DNA of 64,000 bases from Candidatus Omnitrophota bacterium (GTDB taxonomy: Bacteria > Omnitrophota > Gorgyraeia > Gygaellales > Profunditerraquicolaceae): positions 383 to 64,382 of the forward strand of contig JAHJCJ010000067.1 of the NCBI GenBank assembly GCA_018812825.1, read 5' to 3'. Positions within the stretch are counted from its first letter, which is position 1, and every line of letters starts with the position of its first letter. The notes under the pieces are model-generated. The model searched no databases and had not been told where the DNA came from. It was given only the letters and a program-made list of their open reading frames with translations. Both the position numbers and the translations under genes were made by a program. Positions 8,837 to 18,716 of the stretch are shown here, piece after piece.

Positions 8837-9700
8837 ATGCGCAAGTTTAAAGAGTTTATTATTGAAAAACTAGTTTTAATTTGTGGATTAGCTTCCATAT
8901 TTTTTGTAGTGTTGATTTTTCTTTTCTTGCTTAAAGAAGGACTTGCAGTATTTAAGACTGTAGGTCCTTTTAAGTTTCTTTTTGGCAAGAGTTGGTATCC
9001 CATTTCAGAACCGGCTCAGTTAGGAATACTTCCATTAATTCTAGGTTCCTTACTTGTCACTGTTGGCGCAGCAATCATTTCTATCCCAATAGGAGTAGGT
9101 TGCGCAATTTACATTGCCGAGATAGCCCCATTAAAAATTAAAGAGACCCTCAAGGCAGGAATCGAATTATTGGCCGCCATTCCAAGCGTTGTATTAGGAT
9201 TCATTGGTATGATAACCCTCGTTCCATTAGTAAAGACAGTTTTTCATCTACCTACTGGATTAACTGCGTTATCTGGTTCAATAATGTTGGCATTTATGGC
9301 TATGCCGACAATAGTTTCAATTGCAGAAGATGCGTTATATTCTGTTCCAAAGACGTATAAAGAAGGAGCTCTTGCGTTAGGAGCGACACATTGGCAGACA
9401 ATATGGCGAGTAATGCTTCCTGCAGCATCAAGCGGTATACTTGCAGCAGTTATGCTTGGGATTGGTAGAGTAATCGGTGAAACAATGGCAGTAATGATGA
9501 TCACAGGAAACGCTGCAGTTATGCCAAATAGCATTTTAGCGCCGGTTAGGACCCTGACCGCTACTATTGCCGCTGAAATGGGTGAAGCAGTAGTAGGCAG
9601 TGAACATTATTTTGCTTTGTTTGCTATTGGTATAGTTCTATTTGTTATTAGTTTTGCGATTAATGTAACTGCAGACTTATTCTTGCATAAGAGGCAGTAA
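8837..9700 (+). CDS. pstC: Phosphate ABC transporter permease
   Basis: Six TM segments and the EAA-like loop 'GATHWQTIWRVMLPAASSGILAA'. Confidence 0.9.
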   Translation: MRKFKEFIIEKLVLICGLASIFFVVLIFLFLLKEGLAVFKTVGPFKFLFGKSWYPISEPAQLGILPLILGSLLVTVGAAIISIPIGVGCAIYIAEIAPLKIKETLKAGIELLAAIPSVVLGFIGMITLVPLVKTVFHLPTGLTALSGSIMLAFMAMPTIVSIAEDALYSVPKTYKEGALALGATHWQTIWRVMLPAASSGILAAVMLGIGRVIGETMAVMMITGNAAVMPNSILAPVRTLTATIAAEMGEAVVGSEHYFALFAIGIVLFVISFAINVTADLFLHKRQ

Positions 9701-10548
9701 TGAAGAATCCGTATAGAACACAAAAAATTGCCTTTTTTTTGTTATTCTTAGCGACACTTTTAATCGTGGTTCCGGTAGGCTTAATCGTTGTTATTATTAT
9801 CCAGAAGGGTTTACCCGCAATTAATTGGCAGTTTCTTTCGGATATACCGCGACAAGGAATGCGCGCGGGCGGAATATTTCCGGCAATTGTAGGAACGATA
9901 TACTTAGTTATAGGGGCTATTATCTTTGCTTTACCAATAGGACTTCTTTCGGCCATATACTTAAGCGAATATTCAAAGGATAATTTACTTAATCGGCTTA
10001 TAAAATTAGCAATTGTCAATCTAGCAGGCGTACCTTCAGTAGTTTATGGCCTTTTTGGTTTAGCCCTTTTTGTAATATTCTTTAAATTTGGTGCATCAAT
10101 TCTTTCAGGTTCACTTACTCTTGGAATAATGATTCTCCCGGTTATTATTACTACTTCACGTGAAGCTTTAGAGAGTGTTCCGTATTCTTTCCGCGAGGTA
10201 AGCTTATCTTTAGGCGCGAGTAAATGGCAAACGATAAGACACATTGTTCTTCCTAATGCTATCCCTGGTATATTGACCGGAACCATTCTCGGCTTGGGTA
10301 GAGCAGCGGGAGAAACAGCACCGATTCTTTTTACTGTTGCAGCTTTTTATCTACCACGATTACCTAATTCCATCTTTGATCAAGCAATGGCTTTGCCGTA
10401 TCATCTTTATGTCATTTCAACACAGGTACCTAATGTTGATGAGAAGATAAGGTATGGGACTGCATTTGTTTTGCTAGCGTTGGTTCTATTTATGAATTTG
10501 GTTGCAATAATTATTCGTTATAAGTTTAGAAAGAAGAAAAAATGGTAA
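9700..10548 (+). CDS. pstA: Phosphate ABC transporter permease
   Basis: 'LGASKWQTIRHIVLPNAIPGILTG' PstA signature; translationally coupled to pstC. Confidence 0.9.
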   Translation: MKNPYRTQKIAFFLLFLATLLIVVPVGLIVVIIIQKGLPAINWQFLSDIPRQGMRAGGIFPAIVGTIYLVIGAIIFALPIGLLSAIYLSEYSKDNLLNRLIKLAIVNLAGVPSVVYGLFGLALFVIFFKFGASILSGSLTLGIMILPVIITTSREALESVPYSFREVSLSLGASKWQTIRHIVLPNAIPGILTGTILGLGRAAGETAPILFTVAAFYLPRLPNSIFDQAMALPYHLYVISTQVPNVDEKIRYGTAFVLLALVLFMNLVAIIIRYKFRKKKKW

Positions 10549-11288
10549 AGTTTGATATAAAAGATCTCAATATTTGGTTTGGTTCTATACACGCCCTAAA
10601 GCAGGTAAGTATGGAAATACAGGCTAATGAAATTTTAAGCGTGATCGGACCTTCAAACAGCGGTAAGACAACTTTCTTGAGAATGCTTAATCGTTTAAAT
10701 GATCTTAATCAGAATTTCAAAATGTCCGGAGTAATAAAACTTGAACAAGAAGACATTAAAAATATTAATACGGAATTATTACGTAAGAAAGTAGGTATGG
10801 TATTTGCGTTACCGCTTCCGCTTCCACTATCTATTTTTGATAATGTTGCTTACGGCGTAAGAATGCACGGCACGAAAAATAAGAAGGTATTAGGAGAAAT
10901 AGTAGAAGGATCGTTACAAGAAGCTTATCTCTGGGAAGAGGTAAAAGATAGATTAAATGAATCAGCTTTTAAGCTGTCTGGAGGCCAACAGCAACGTTTA
11001 TGCATAGCTAGAACACTCGCAGTCCAACCAGAGGTAATTTTATTTGATGAGCCATGTTCAGGGCTTGATCCTATATCCACCGCAAAAGTAGAAGATGCCA
11101 TGGTTAAGCTAAAACAAAAATACACAATAGTTTTGGTTACTAACAATGTAAAGCAGGCGGCCAGAGTTGGTGATAGAACAGCTTTCTTTTTAAATGGTGA
11201 ACTTATTGAGTTGGATAAAACGGATAAGATTTTTACCGCGCCACAAGACAAACGCACAGACGGTTATATCAGAGGAAAATTTGGATAA
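10542..11288 (+). CDS. pstB: Phosphate ABC transporter ATP-binding protein (copy 1)
   Basis: Walker A 'GPSNSGKTT', signature '[16 protein letters not shown]', Walker B 'ILFDEP', and the PstB-type C-terminus '[11 protein letters not shown]'. Confidence 0.9.
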   Translation: MVKFDIKDLNIWFGSIHALKQVSMEIQANEILSVIGPSNSGKTTFLRMLNRLNDLNQNFKMSGVIKLEQEDIKNINTELLRKKVGMVFALPLPLPLSIFDNVAYGVRMHGTKNKKVLGEIVEGSLQEAYLWEEVKDRLNESAFKLSGGQQQRLCIARTLAVQPEVILFDEPCSGLDPISTAKVEDAMVKLKQKYTIVLVTNNVKQAARVGDRTAFFLNGELIELDKTDKIFTAPQDKRTDGYIRGKFG

Positions 11289-12043
11289 TGGCAAAAATAA
11301 TAACTAAAAATCTAAATCTTTGGTATGGGGCATTTCAAGCCTTAAAAAATGTCAACTCAAGCATAGAGGCTAACAGGATTACCGCTATAATCGGTCCTTC
11401 GGGGTGTGGTAAATCCACTTTGCTTAGAGTTTTTAACCGTATGAATGATTTGATTGAAGGCGTGCGTACGGATGGAGAAGTTCTAATTGATGACAAGAAT
11501 ATCATTGATTCCGGCACAGATTTAGTAGTTCTACGTAAAAAAGTAGGAATGGTATTTCAGAGGCCTAATCCATTTCCGCTATCAATTTATGAAAATATAG
11601 TTTTTGGAGAGAGGATTCATGCCGATGGTATTACTAGAGACAAATTAGATGAAATTGTTGAGGGAAGCCTAAAGGATGTTCTTTTGTGGGATGAATTAAA
11701 GGATAGGCTTAATACACCTGCTTTAAGATTATCATTAGAGCAGAAACAGAGGCTCTGTATTGCTAGGCTTATTGCTGTTAAGCCGGATGTATTATTAATG
11801 GATGAGCCTTGTTCTACTTTAGATCCGCAGGCAACCGCAAGAGTTGAAGAATTAATGCGTGAACTGAAGAGCAGGTATACTATAATAATAGTTACGCATA
11901 ATATGCAACAGGCTGCACGGGTTTCCGATGATACAGGTTTTATGCTTTTGGGTGAATTAGCAGAATTCGGTAAGACTGAACAGATATTTACTGCCCCGCA
12001 AGATAAGCGGACAGAAGATTACATTACTGGAAGATACGGATAG
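11288..12043 (+). CDS. pstB: Phosphate ABC transporter ATP-binding protein (copy 2, tandem paralog)
   Basis: Walker A 'GPSGCGKST', '[16 protein letters not shown]' (degenerate signature), and C-terminus '[11 protein letters not shown]'. Confidence 0.85.
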   Translation: MAKIITKNLNLWYGAFQALKNVNSSIEANRITAIIGPSGCGKSTLLRVFNRMNDLIEGVRTDGEVLIDDKNIIDSGTDLVVLRKKVGMVFQRPNPFPLSIYENIVFGERIHADGITRDKLDEIVEGSLKDVLLWDELKDRLNTPALRLSLEQKQRLCIARLIAVKPDVLLMDEPCSTLDPQATARVEELMRELKSRYTIIIVTHNMQQAARVSDDTGFMLLGELAEFGKTEQIFTAPQDKRTEDYITGRYG

Positions 12044-12059
12044 AAATCGGAGGTTTAAA

Positions 12060-12737
12060 ATGGAAAGACATTTAGATTTAGAGCTAAAAGAGTTAAACAA
12101 GGATATCTTAAAGATGGGGGCCTATGCGGAAGAGGCTATTTTCAAATCTGTTGAGGCTCTAAAGAATCGAGACAAAGATCTGGCTAAAAGTGTCATAGAT
12201 AATGATACCAATATTGATAAGCTGGAATTGACTGTAGATGAAAGGTGTATAGATTTGATAGCTCGTCATCAGCCGATGGCCAAAGATCTTCGCTTTATCA
12301 CAACCGGTATGAAGATAAATGCAGAGCTAGAAAGAATAGCTGATATTGCGGTGGATATTGCCCAGCGTACACTTGAGATAGTGGATAAGCCTCTTTTAAA
12401 ACCATTAATTGATATACCTAAGCTTGCAGCTGTTGCGCAAAACATGATAAAGATGTCCATAGATGCGTTCGTGAAAGGCGATATTGCATTAGCTAAAAAA
12501 GTCTTATCATCTGATTCTGAAGCTGATCAACTTCGCAATATTATACAAGAGGAGCTGGTTGAGGATTATATGGTCAAAGATGGTACTACTGCCCCTAGAG
12601 CGGTTCAGTTATTATTGATAGCTCGTTTCTTGGAACGTATATGTGACCATACTACTAATATTGCAGAAGATGTAATTTATATGGTGCAAGCAGAGGTTGT
12701 AAGGCATCATCCAGAGAGATTAAAGAATGGAAAATAA
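12060..12737 (+). CDS. phoU: Phosphate signalling complex protein PhoU
   Basis: Two PhoU repeats ('ERIADIAVDIA' and 'ERICDHTTNIAEDVIYMV'). Confidence 0.9.
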   Translation: MERHLDLELKELNKDILKMGAYAEEAIFKSVEALKNRDKDLAKSVIDNDTNIDKLELTVDERCIDLIARHQPMAKDLRFITTGMKINAELERIADIAVDIAQRTLEIVDKPLLKPLIDIPKLAAVAQNMIKMSIDAFVKGDIALAKKVLSSDSEADQLRNIIQEELVEDYMVKDGTTAPRAVQLLLIARFLERICDHTTNIAEDVIYMVQAEVVRHHPERLKNGK

Positions 12738-12757
12738 AATGTTCACTTCCCTAATAC

Positions 12758-13210
12758 ATGTGGAAATCTTACAGCGCTATCATTAGGCGCTATCAAAAAA
12801 TCCCCTCACCGGAAGAAAGACGCTTAATTTCAAAAGCTCAGAAAGGATCGAAGAAAAGTAGAGAAGAGCTTGTGTTGCGCCACATTGGTTTTGTAATTTT
12901 TAGAATTCATAAGGTAGCGTTTCCTGCTTTAATCCGAAGATTTGGGGAGGATTTACTTGAAGAGGCCATCCTGATTATCTATAAAAAGATCGAAAGTTAC
13001 GACCTTAATTACTGCGATAAGCATGGGAATTCTAATCCCGTTAAATTTACTTCTTACATTTGGAAGCGAATCGATGGGTTCATAATCGATACCTTAAAGA
13101 AAGAGCTAAGCGAATCAAATTATTACGATAGGTATAGCGGATACGCCCTCAGAAATGGCGACTTATCGCCTATGTCCGGACAAAGAGAGGCGGACGAATC
13201 TATCTCTTAA
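12758..13210 (+). CDS. Truncated sigma-70-family protein (region 2 only)
   Basis: 'ELVLRHIGFVIFRIHK...GEDLLEEAILIIYKKIESYD...KFTSYIWKRI' matches sigma region 2.1-2.4; no region 4 HTH follows in any frame. Confidence 0.35.
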   Translation: MWKSYSAIIRRYQKIPSPEERRLISKAQKGSKKSREELVLRHIGFVIFRIHKVAFPALIRRFGEDLLEEAILIIYKKIESYDLNYCDKHGNSNPVKFTSYIWKRIDGFIIDTLKKELSESNYYDRYSGYALRNGDLSPMSGQREADESIS

Positions 13211-13422
13211 TCCATCAAAGAGTTACGCAATTGCTAGCTAAAGAATATCGGACAAAACGGACACTAAATCCATCTCTAATATGCCTAATTTCTTGATATT
13301 TGCCCAATTTTCTATATAATTAGCTTATTAGTATTAAGAGGTATAGTTATTACCTATACCAATGCGCGTAACTTTTTGGCAATTAGTTAAGCTTATAAGA
13401 TAAGGTAGATTAAAAAAATAAA

Positions 13423-14169
13423 ATGGCATTACGGGAAGATATTGAAAAACAAGGCAGCTGGCTTTTTAGGTGGAGAAGTTATTTACCGCTTTTAAGTATT
13501 CCGGTTTTTACTATTGCTGTAAGACAGTCTGGAATATTGGAAAATAAATTCGGGGATTCTGTAGGTGATTTTTGGGGGGTTTGTGCAATTATAATATCAT
13601 TCTTTGGGTTTGTTGTTCGTTGCGTTACTGTGGGATTTGCTCCGCGCGGCACATCAGGTAGGAATACGAAGTCGCAAGTAGCAGAGATGCTTAATACAAC
13701 TGGCATGTATTCTATTTCAAGAAACCCACTCTACCTTGGTAATTTTATTATAGTTTTAGGTATTACATTATTTATCCAGGTGTGGTGGCTAGCTTTATTA
13801 GTTTGGCTTGGATTTTGGTTTTATTATGAACGGATTATTTTCACCGAAGAAGAGTTCTTGAGAAGTAAATTTAAGGATCAATTAATGGAATGGGCTAAAA
13901 AGACACCGATTGTAATCCCACGTTTTAGAAATTGGGAGAAACCGGAGTTAGGTTTTTCATTAAAGAATGTTTTTAAGAGGGAGTTTTCTACATTTTTTTC
14001 TATTGTTGCAACTTTCTTTTTCTTGGAAATTTTAACCAATTTTTTAACCCAAAAAAGATTTGCGGTTCATAATTCTTGGTTAATATTTTTTAGCGTAAGT
14101 CTTTTTATTTATTTAACTTTCTTCATTTTGAAAAAGAAAACAAAATTACTCAATGTTGTTGATAGATAA
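13423..14169 (+). CDS. Membrane methyltransferase of the ICMT/PEMT (isoprenylcysteine carboxyl methyltransferase-like) family
   Basis: Polytopic membrane protein with an 'ISRNPLYLGNFIIVLG' motif like the RHPxY/RNPxY motif of that family. Confidence 0.5.
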   Translation: MALREDIEKQGSWLFRWRSYLPLLSIPVFTIAVRQSGILENKFGDSVGDFWGVCAIIISFFGFVVRCVTVGFAPRGTSGRNTKSQVAEMLNTTGMYSISRNPLYLGNFIIVLGITLFIQVWWLALLVWLGFWFYYERIIFTEEEFLRSKFKDQLMEWAKKTPIVIPRFRNWEKPELGFSLKNVFKREFSTFFSIVATFFFLEILTNFLTQKRFAVHNSWLIFFSVSLFIYLTFFILKKKTKLLNVVDR

Positions 14170-14361
14170 ACCAACGGTGCTTATAGTAGTTTATGGGCGA
14201 AAGATTTTCTTACGGCCCCGTCCTCTTGGTTATCTTCAACCGGCTAGCTGTAAATTAATCAAGTTTTGATATATAGCTTAAGTTTCTCTGAATAAGTCAA
14301 AGTTCTGAGATTAACATAAGGGTGAGCATATAACTGCAATGTTTACAAAAATAGGCTGATT

Positions 14362-14664
14362 ATGTTTGTGCTATCTAATTTCTTATTCGCTATTGCCAGA
14401 GCATTGGATATCCTGCTTGGTATTTTATATTGGCTTATACTTATTAGGGCCTTAATCAGTTGGGTCAATCCTGACCCATATAATCCCATTGTGCAGTTTT
14501 TATACAAAACTACAGAACCCGTACTGTATTCGATTAGGAAACTCCTGCCTTTTACCCAGAGTATAGGCATAGATATTTCGCCTATAATAGCTTTCTTGGT
14601 GATTATGTTTTTTAAATCATTCCTGGTGAGGACGCTGTTGGATTTAGCAATGAGGATACAGTAG
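14362..14664 (+). CDS. yggT: YggT-family membrane protein
   Basis: 'LIRALISWVNPDPYNPIVQFLYKTTEPVLYSIRKLLP...IDISPIIA' is the YggT/Ycf19 signature. Confidence 0.75.
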   Translation: MFVLSNFLFAIARALDILLGILYWLILIRALISWVNPDPYNPIVQFLYKTTEPVLYSIRKLLPFTQSIGIDISPIIAFLVIMFFKSFLVRTLLDLAMRIQ

Positions 14665-14987
14665 ATAAACATCTGTTTTACAAAACCGCTGTGTTTTTAA
14701 CAACAATGCCTCATGCTATAATTATAATTGATACTTGTACAGATAGCTATAGAAGCAGTAGGTAATGCCGGAATAAGCAGCAGGTTTTATGACTACGGCT
14801 GATATAAAATGCAAGCCTATCGTGGTGTTTAAGGACAATAGTCTTTGCCAATCGGCTAACCTTAATAGGCCAATTCGAGCCATGAAATAAGAAAATATCT
14901 AAAGTTACTAAATTGTTAATTCGGCGTGCTTTAATGCTTTGAAATAGGAAATAAGCGTTATATAATAACCGCAGTAATGAGGTAATA

Positions 14988-16007
14988 ATGATTAATAGAG
15001 CGGTTTTTTTAGTATCCTTGCTCACGGTTTTGGTTTTATTTGTCCGTCTGGAGGCAGAAGAAGTAGGGATGCGGGTAGGATATTTTCCCAATATAACCCA
15101 TTCACAGGCCATCGTGGGTATGGCCAATGGAAGCTTCCAGAAAGAATTGGGAAGGGATGTAAAAATAGATGTCAAGATTTTTAACGCCGGTCCGTATGTG
15201 ATTGAGGCGATGTTTGCTGGCAAGCTTGACTTGGCATATATAGGGCCTAATCCTGCGATTAATGGTTATATAAAATCTAACGGGGAGGCATTAAGAATTG
15301 TTGCCGGAGCCAGTAGCGGCGGGGCAGCTTTAGTTGTGCGTAAAGATTCCGGTATAAAAGAAGTAAAAGATCTCCATAAAAAGAGAATAGCATCCCCCCA
15401 GTTAGGCAATACACAGGATGTATCCCTAAGGGCATGGCTTAAGCATAATGATATGCTTATGACAGAAAAAGGCGGGGATGTTCAGGTGGTGCCGGTAAGC
15501 AACCCCGATCAACTTATCTTATTCCTTAATAAACAGATAGACGCTGCTTGGACAATTGAACCTTGGGTGAGCCGTTTAGTAAAAGAAGGCACTGGAGTAA
15601 TATTTCTAGAAGAAAGTTCGCTTTGGCCCAAAGGCGAATATATCACGGCAAATATAATCGTGAGGAAAGGATTTTTGGATACGCACCCCGTCCTTGTCAA
15701 AAAATGGCTTAGGACGCATGTAAACTTAACACAGTGGGTTAACGAGCATCTTAGCGAGGCAAAAATAATTATAAATAAGGAACTTAAGAGATTAACCGGC
15801 GCAGCACTTAGTGAAGATATTTTGAATTCTTCTTTTGATAGGTTAAGAGTAACTTACAATCCGCTTAAGACTTCGCTTTTTACTTCCCTGGACTGGGCAT
15901 TCGAACAGGGATTTCTCGGAGAGAATAAGACTGATATTTCCGGAATATATGACATTAGAATTTTAAATGAAATATTAAAAGAAAAAGGATTAGTTCCTCT
16001 AGATTAA
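14988..16007 (+). CDS. ABC transporter substrate-binding protein, NitT/TauT (sulfonate/taurine/nitrate) family
   Basis: Signal peptide, 'GYFPNITHSQAIVG', and 'KLDLAYIGPNPAI' typical of SsuA/TauA-like SBPs; followed by a cognate ATPase and permease. Confidence 0.7.
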   Translation: MINRAVFLVSLLTVLVLFVRLEAEEVGMRVGYFPNITHSQAIVGMANGSFQKELGRDVKIDVKIFNAGPYVIEAMFAGKLDLAYIGPNPAINGYIKSNGEALRIVAGASSGGAALVVRKDSGIKEVKDLHKKRIASPQLGNTQDVSLRAWLKHNDMLMTEKGGDVQVVPVSNPDQLILFLNKQIDAAWTIEPWVSRLVKEGTGVIFLEESSLWPKGEYITANIIVRKGFLDTHPVLVKKWLRTHVNLTQWVNEHLSEAKIIINKELKRLTGAALSEDILNSSFDRLRVTYNPLKTSLFTSLDWAFEQGFLGENKTDISGIYDIRILNEILKEKGLVPLD

Positions 16008-16008
16008 G

Positions 16009-16773
16009 ATGTCCCTGCTTAGCATCAACATAGATTCGAAAGTATATAGCGGTAGTAAAAATACTTTAAAAGTATTAGAGGATATCCATCTTGAAATTGG
16101 AGAAGGAGAGCTTGTTTGTATTGCCGGGCCATCGGGATGCGGTAAAACAACTTTTTTAAATATTCTGGCGGGTTTAGATTCTGATTACTCTGGAAGAGTC
16201 CTCTATAAAGGTGCTCCTATAATTAAATGCAGCCAGGAGCGAATGATGATATTCCAGGAGCTGGGGTTATTTCCTTGGCTTAATGTTCAGAATAATGTAG
16301 AGTTTGGTTTGAAAATGAAAGGTATCCCTAAGAAAAAAAGAGAGCAGATTGCCTTGAAATACCTCGAGATGGTCAACCTCGTTAAATTTAAGGATTATTT
16401 TATCCATAATCTATCCGGAGGAATGAAGCAAAGAGTCGCCTTAGCTAGGGCATTAGCTATGGAGCCCCAGGTGCTTTTGATGGATGAGCCATTTGCTTCT
16501 TTGGATGCGCAGACAAGGGATATGTTACATCTTGAACTGCAAAAAATATGGATTGCTACCAAGAAAACAATAATCTTCGTTACCCATAATGTAAGAGAAG
16601 CAGTCTGTCTAGGTGATAGGGTGTTAGTTTTCTCGTTAGCGCCTGCACACGTAAAGGCGAGTTTTAAAATCGACCTTGCGCGCCCGCGGCAGATTGAAAG
16701 CGAAGGACTGATAGAAAAGGTCAGGCCCATACTTACTGAATTAAAATTTGAGATCGAAAGGGATTATGAATAA
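16009..16773 (+). CDS. ABC transporter ATP-binding protein (SsuB/TauB-like)
   Basis: Walker A 'GPSGCGKTT', signature 'LSGGMKQRVALARALA', Walker B 'LLMDEPFASLD'. Confidence 0.85.
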   Translation: MSLLSINIDSKVYSGSKNTLKVLEDIHLEIGEGELVCIAGPSGCGKTTFLNILAGLDSDYSGRVLYKGAPIIKCSQERMMIFQELGLFPWLNVQNNVEFGLKMKGIPKKKREQIALKYLEMVNLVKFKDYFIHNLSGGMKQRVALARALAMEPQVLLMDEPFASLDAQTRDMLHLELQKIWIATKKTIIFVTHNVREAVCLGDRVLVFSLAPAHVKASFKIDLARPRQIESEGLIEKVRPILTELKFEIERDYE

Positions 16774-17548
16774 TAGATTCTTGCAGTTAATGTTCAAACA
16801 GGTTATATTTTACTCGGCATTATTATTATTATGGCATTTTTTATTTTCCATAAAGATTTGGCCGGCGTATCTTTTCCCCTCTCCCTTAAAGGTATTAAAA
16901 GCAATTATTGAGGGATTTAGAAGCCATATTTTTATTATCGCCATATTGGTTAGTTTACGCAGGGCCTTGATTGGGTTCGGAATCTCTATTTTATGTGGAG
17001 CTGTTTTTGGTATTTTGATGAAAAAATTTAAAATCATTGATGATACATTCGGAAAACTGGTAATGGGCATTCAAGCATTGCCGAGCATCAGCTGGTTTCC
17101 GCTTGCGATTTTATGGTTTGGGTTAACCGAAACAACCATTATTTTTATTGCCGTTATGGGCTCGTTATTTTCTATTACTATGTCGGTATATTCCGGTTTA
17201 AAACACATCCCCAAGATTTACATTCAGACAGCAAGGAATATGGGTGCGCGTAGAATGAAAATGCTATGGTGGGTATTAATTCCTGCGGCAGCGCCGTCAT
17301 TGATCGTAGGGTTAAAGCAGGGATGGTCTTTTGCCTGGAGATCTCTTGTGGCAGGCGAACTTCTATTTGTAAGCCTTGGTTTGGGTTATCTTCTAATGAT
17401 GGGCAGAGAATTAAACGATATGAGCCAGATTATCGCCGCAATATTTATTATTATTTTAATAAGCGTTGCAGTAGATAGGTTCGTATTCGGAATTATGGAA
17501 GCAAGGCTTAAGAAAAGATGGGGTCTTGAAGGGGCAGAAGCCCTTTAA
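16748..17548 (+). CDS. ABC transporter permease (SsuC/TauC-like)
   Basis: Six TM segments and the conserved loop 'ARNMGARRMKMLWWVLIPAAAPS'. Confidence 0.8.
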   Translation: MRSKGIMNNRFLQLMFKQVIFYSALLLLWHFLFSIKIWPAYLFPSPLKVLKAIIEGFRSHIFIIAILVSLRRALIGFGISILCGAVFGILMKKFKIIDDTFGKLVMGIQALPSISWFPLAILWFGLTETTIIFIAVMGSLFSITMSVYSGLKHIPKIYIQTARNMGARRMKMLWWVLIPAAAPSLIVGLKQGWSFAWRSLVAGELLFVSLGLGYLLMMGRELNDMSQIIAAIFIIILISVAVDRFVFGIMEARLKKRWGLEGAEAL

Positions 17549-17690
17549 TGACTTGTTACCCTATTTATATCTTCGCAGCTAAAAATCTTGCTTTTCAATA
17601 CAGGGATGGATAATGGTCGTCTAAATATCCCGTCCGGGTGACCCCCCTGGGCTTTAGTCCGGGTGGTTGTATTTCTAATTTTATATATAA

Positions 17691-18716
17691 ATGGAACCAA
17701 TTTTTATCATAGGCACAGAACGTTCCGGTACAAACTTACTCAGGGTCATTCTTAATTCTCACTCTAATATCGCCATTCCACATCCCCCGCACATAATGAA
17801 GAATTTTTTTAAGCTAGAGCCGCTCTATTTTAATTTGAGCAGGGATATTAATTTTCAGAGGCTCATTAATGATGTGGTCAAAATGGTTGAACTTCATTTT
17901 TATCCTTGGGAGATTAAAATTGATAAAGATAGAATATTCCGAGAGGTAAAAGGAAGGAACTTAATTAGTATCTTCTTTAGCATTTACGACCAATACCTGG
18001 AGAGCACAAAGAAGAAGAGATGGGGCTGTAAAAGTACCTTTATGATTTATCATGTTGCTTTAATCAGGCAATATTACCCCTTAGCTAAATTTATTTACAT
18101 GGTGCGCGATGGAAGAGACGTCGCTGTATCTGGCAAGAAAACCATCTTTAATCATTATTCTGTTTATTATACGGCGCTATTATGGAAGAAGGAGCAGGAG
18201 ATCGGGATTTTTTGGCTGGGCAAGCTCCCGAAAGACAGGATCCTTTTAATTAAATATGAAGATCTTTTGAGTGAGCCGGATAAAATGGCTAGGATAGCCT
18301 GTTCTTTTTTAGATGAACCATACCAGGAGAATATGCTCAATTATTTTAGTACCAATGAAGCTAAAAAAAGCGCAAGCCTAAGCGCAGCCTGGAAAAATAC
18401 CTCTGCCTCAATAATAATAGACAATTTTGGGAAATTTAAAACTGAATTAAAAAAGAAAGAAATTGATTTATTCGAAGCCGTGTCCGGCCAAGAACTGGAT
18501 TATTTTTCGTATAAACTATCAAAAGATTTTTCTCTTTCAGAGGGTGCCCGGGCAAAGAGGATAAAGTTCAGGTTCGCTTATTTAATTGAGGAGTTATTTT
18601 TAATGATTAAAGTGCAATTACAATCTTTCTTTACAGATAAAAACATCTTCTTAAGGCTTAAGAAATTTTGGTTTTTAAAACTCATTAAAATCTTAAGGTA
18701 TTTTCAATGGAATTAG
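17691..18716 (+). CDS. Cytoplasmic PAPS-dependent sulfotransferase
   Basis: 5'-PSB-like 'FIIGTERSGTNLL' and 3'-PB-like 'YMVRDGRDVAVSG' motifs of the sulfotransferase fold; no signal peptide. Confidence 0.7.
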   Translation: MEPIFIIGTERSGTNLLRVILNSHSNIAIPHPPHIMKNFFKLEPLYFNLSRDINFQRLINDVVKMVELHFYPWEIKIDKDRIFREVKGRNLISIFFSIYDQYLESTKKKRWGCKSTFMIYHVALIRQYYPLAKFIYMVRDGRDVAVSGKKTIFNHYSVYYTALLWKKEQEIGIFWLGKLPKDRILLIKYEDLLSEPDKMARIACSFLDEPYQENMLNYFSTNEAKKSASLSAAWKNTSASIIIDNFGKFKTELKKKEIDLFEAVSGQELDYFSYKLSKDFSLSEGARAKRIKFRFAYLIEELFLMIKVQLQSFFTDKNIFLRLKKFWFLKLIKILRYFQWN

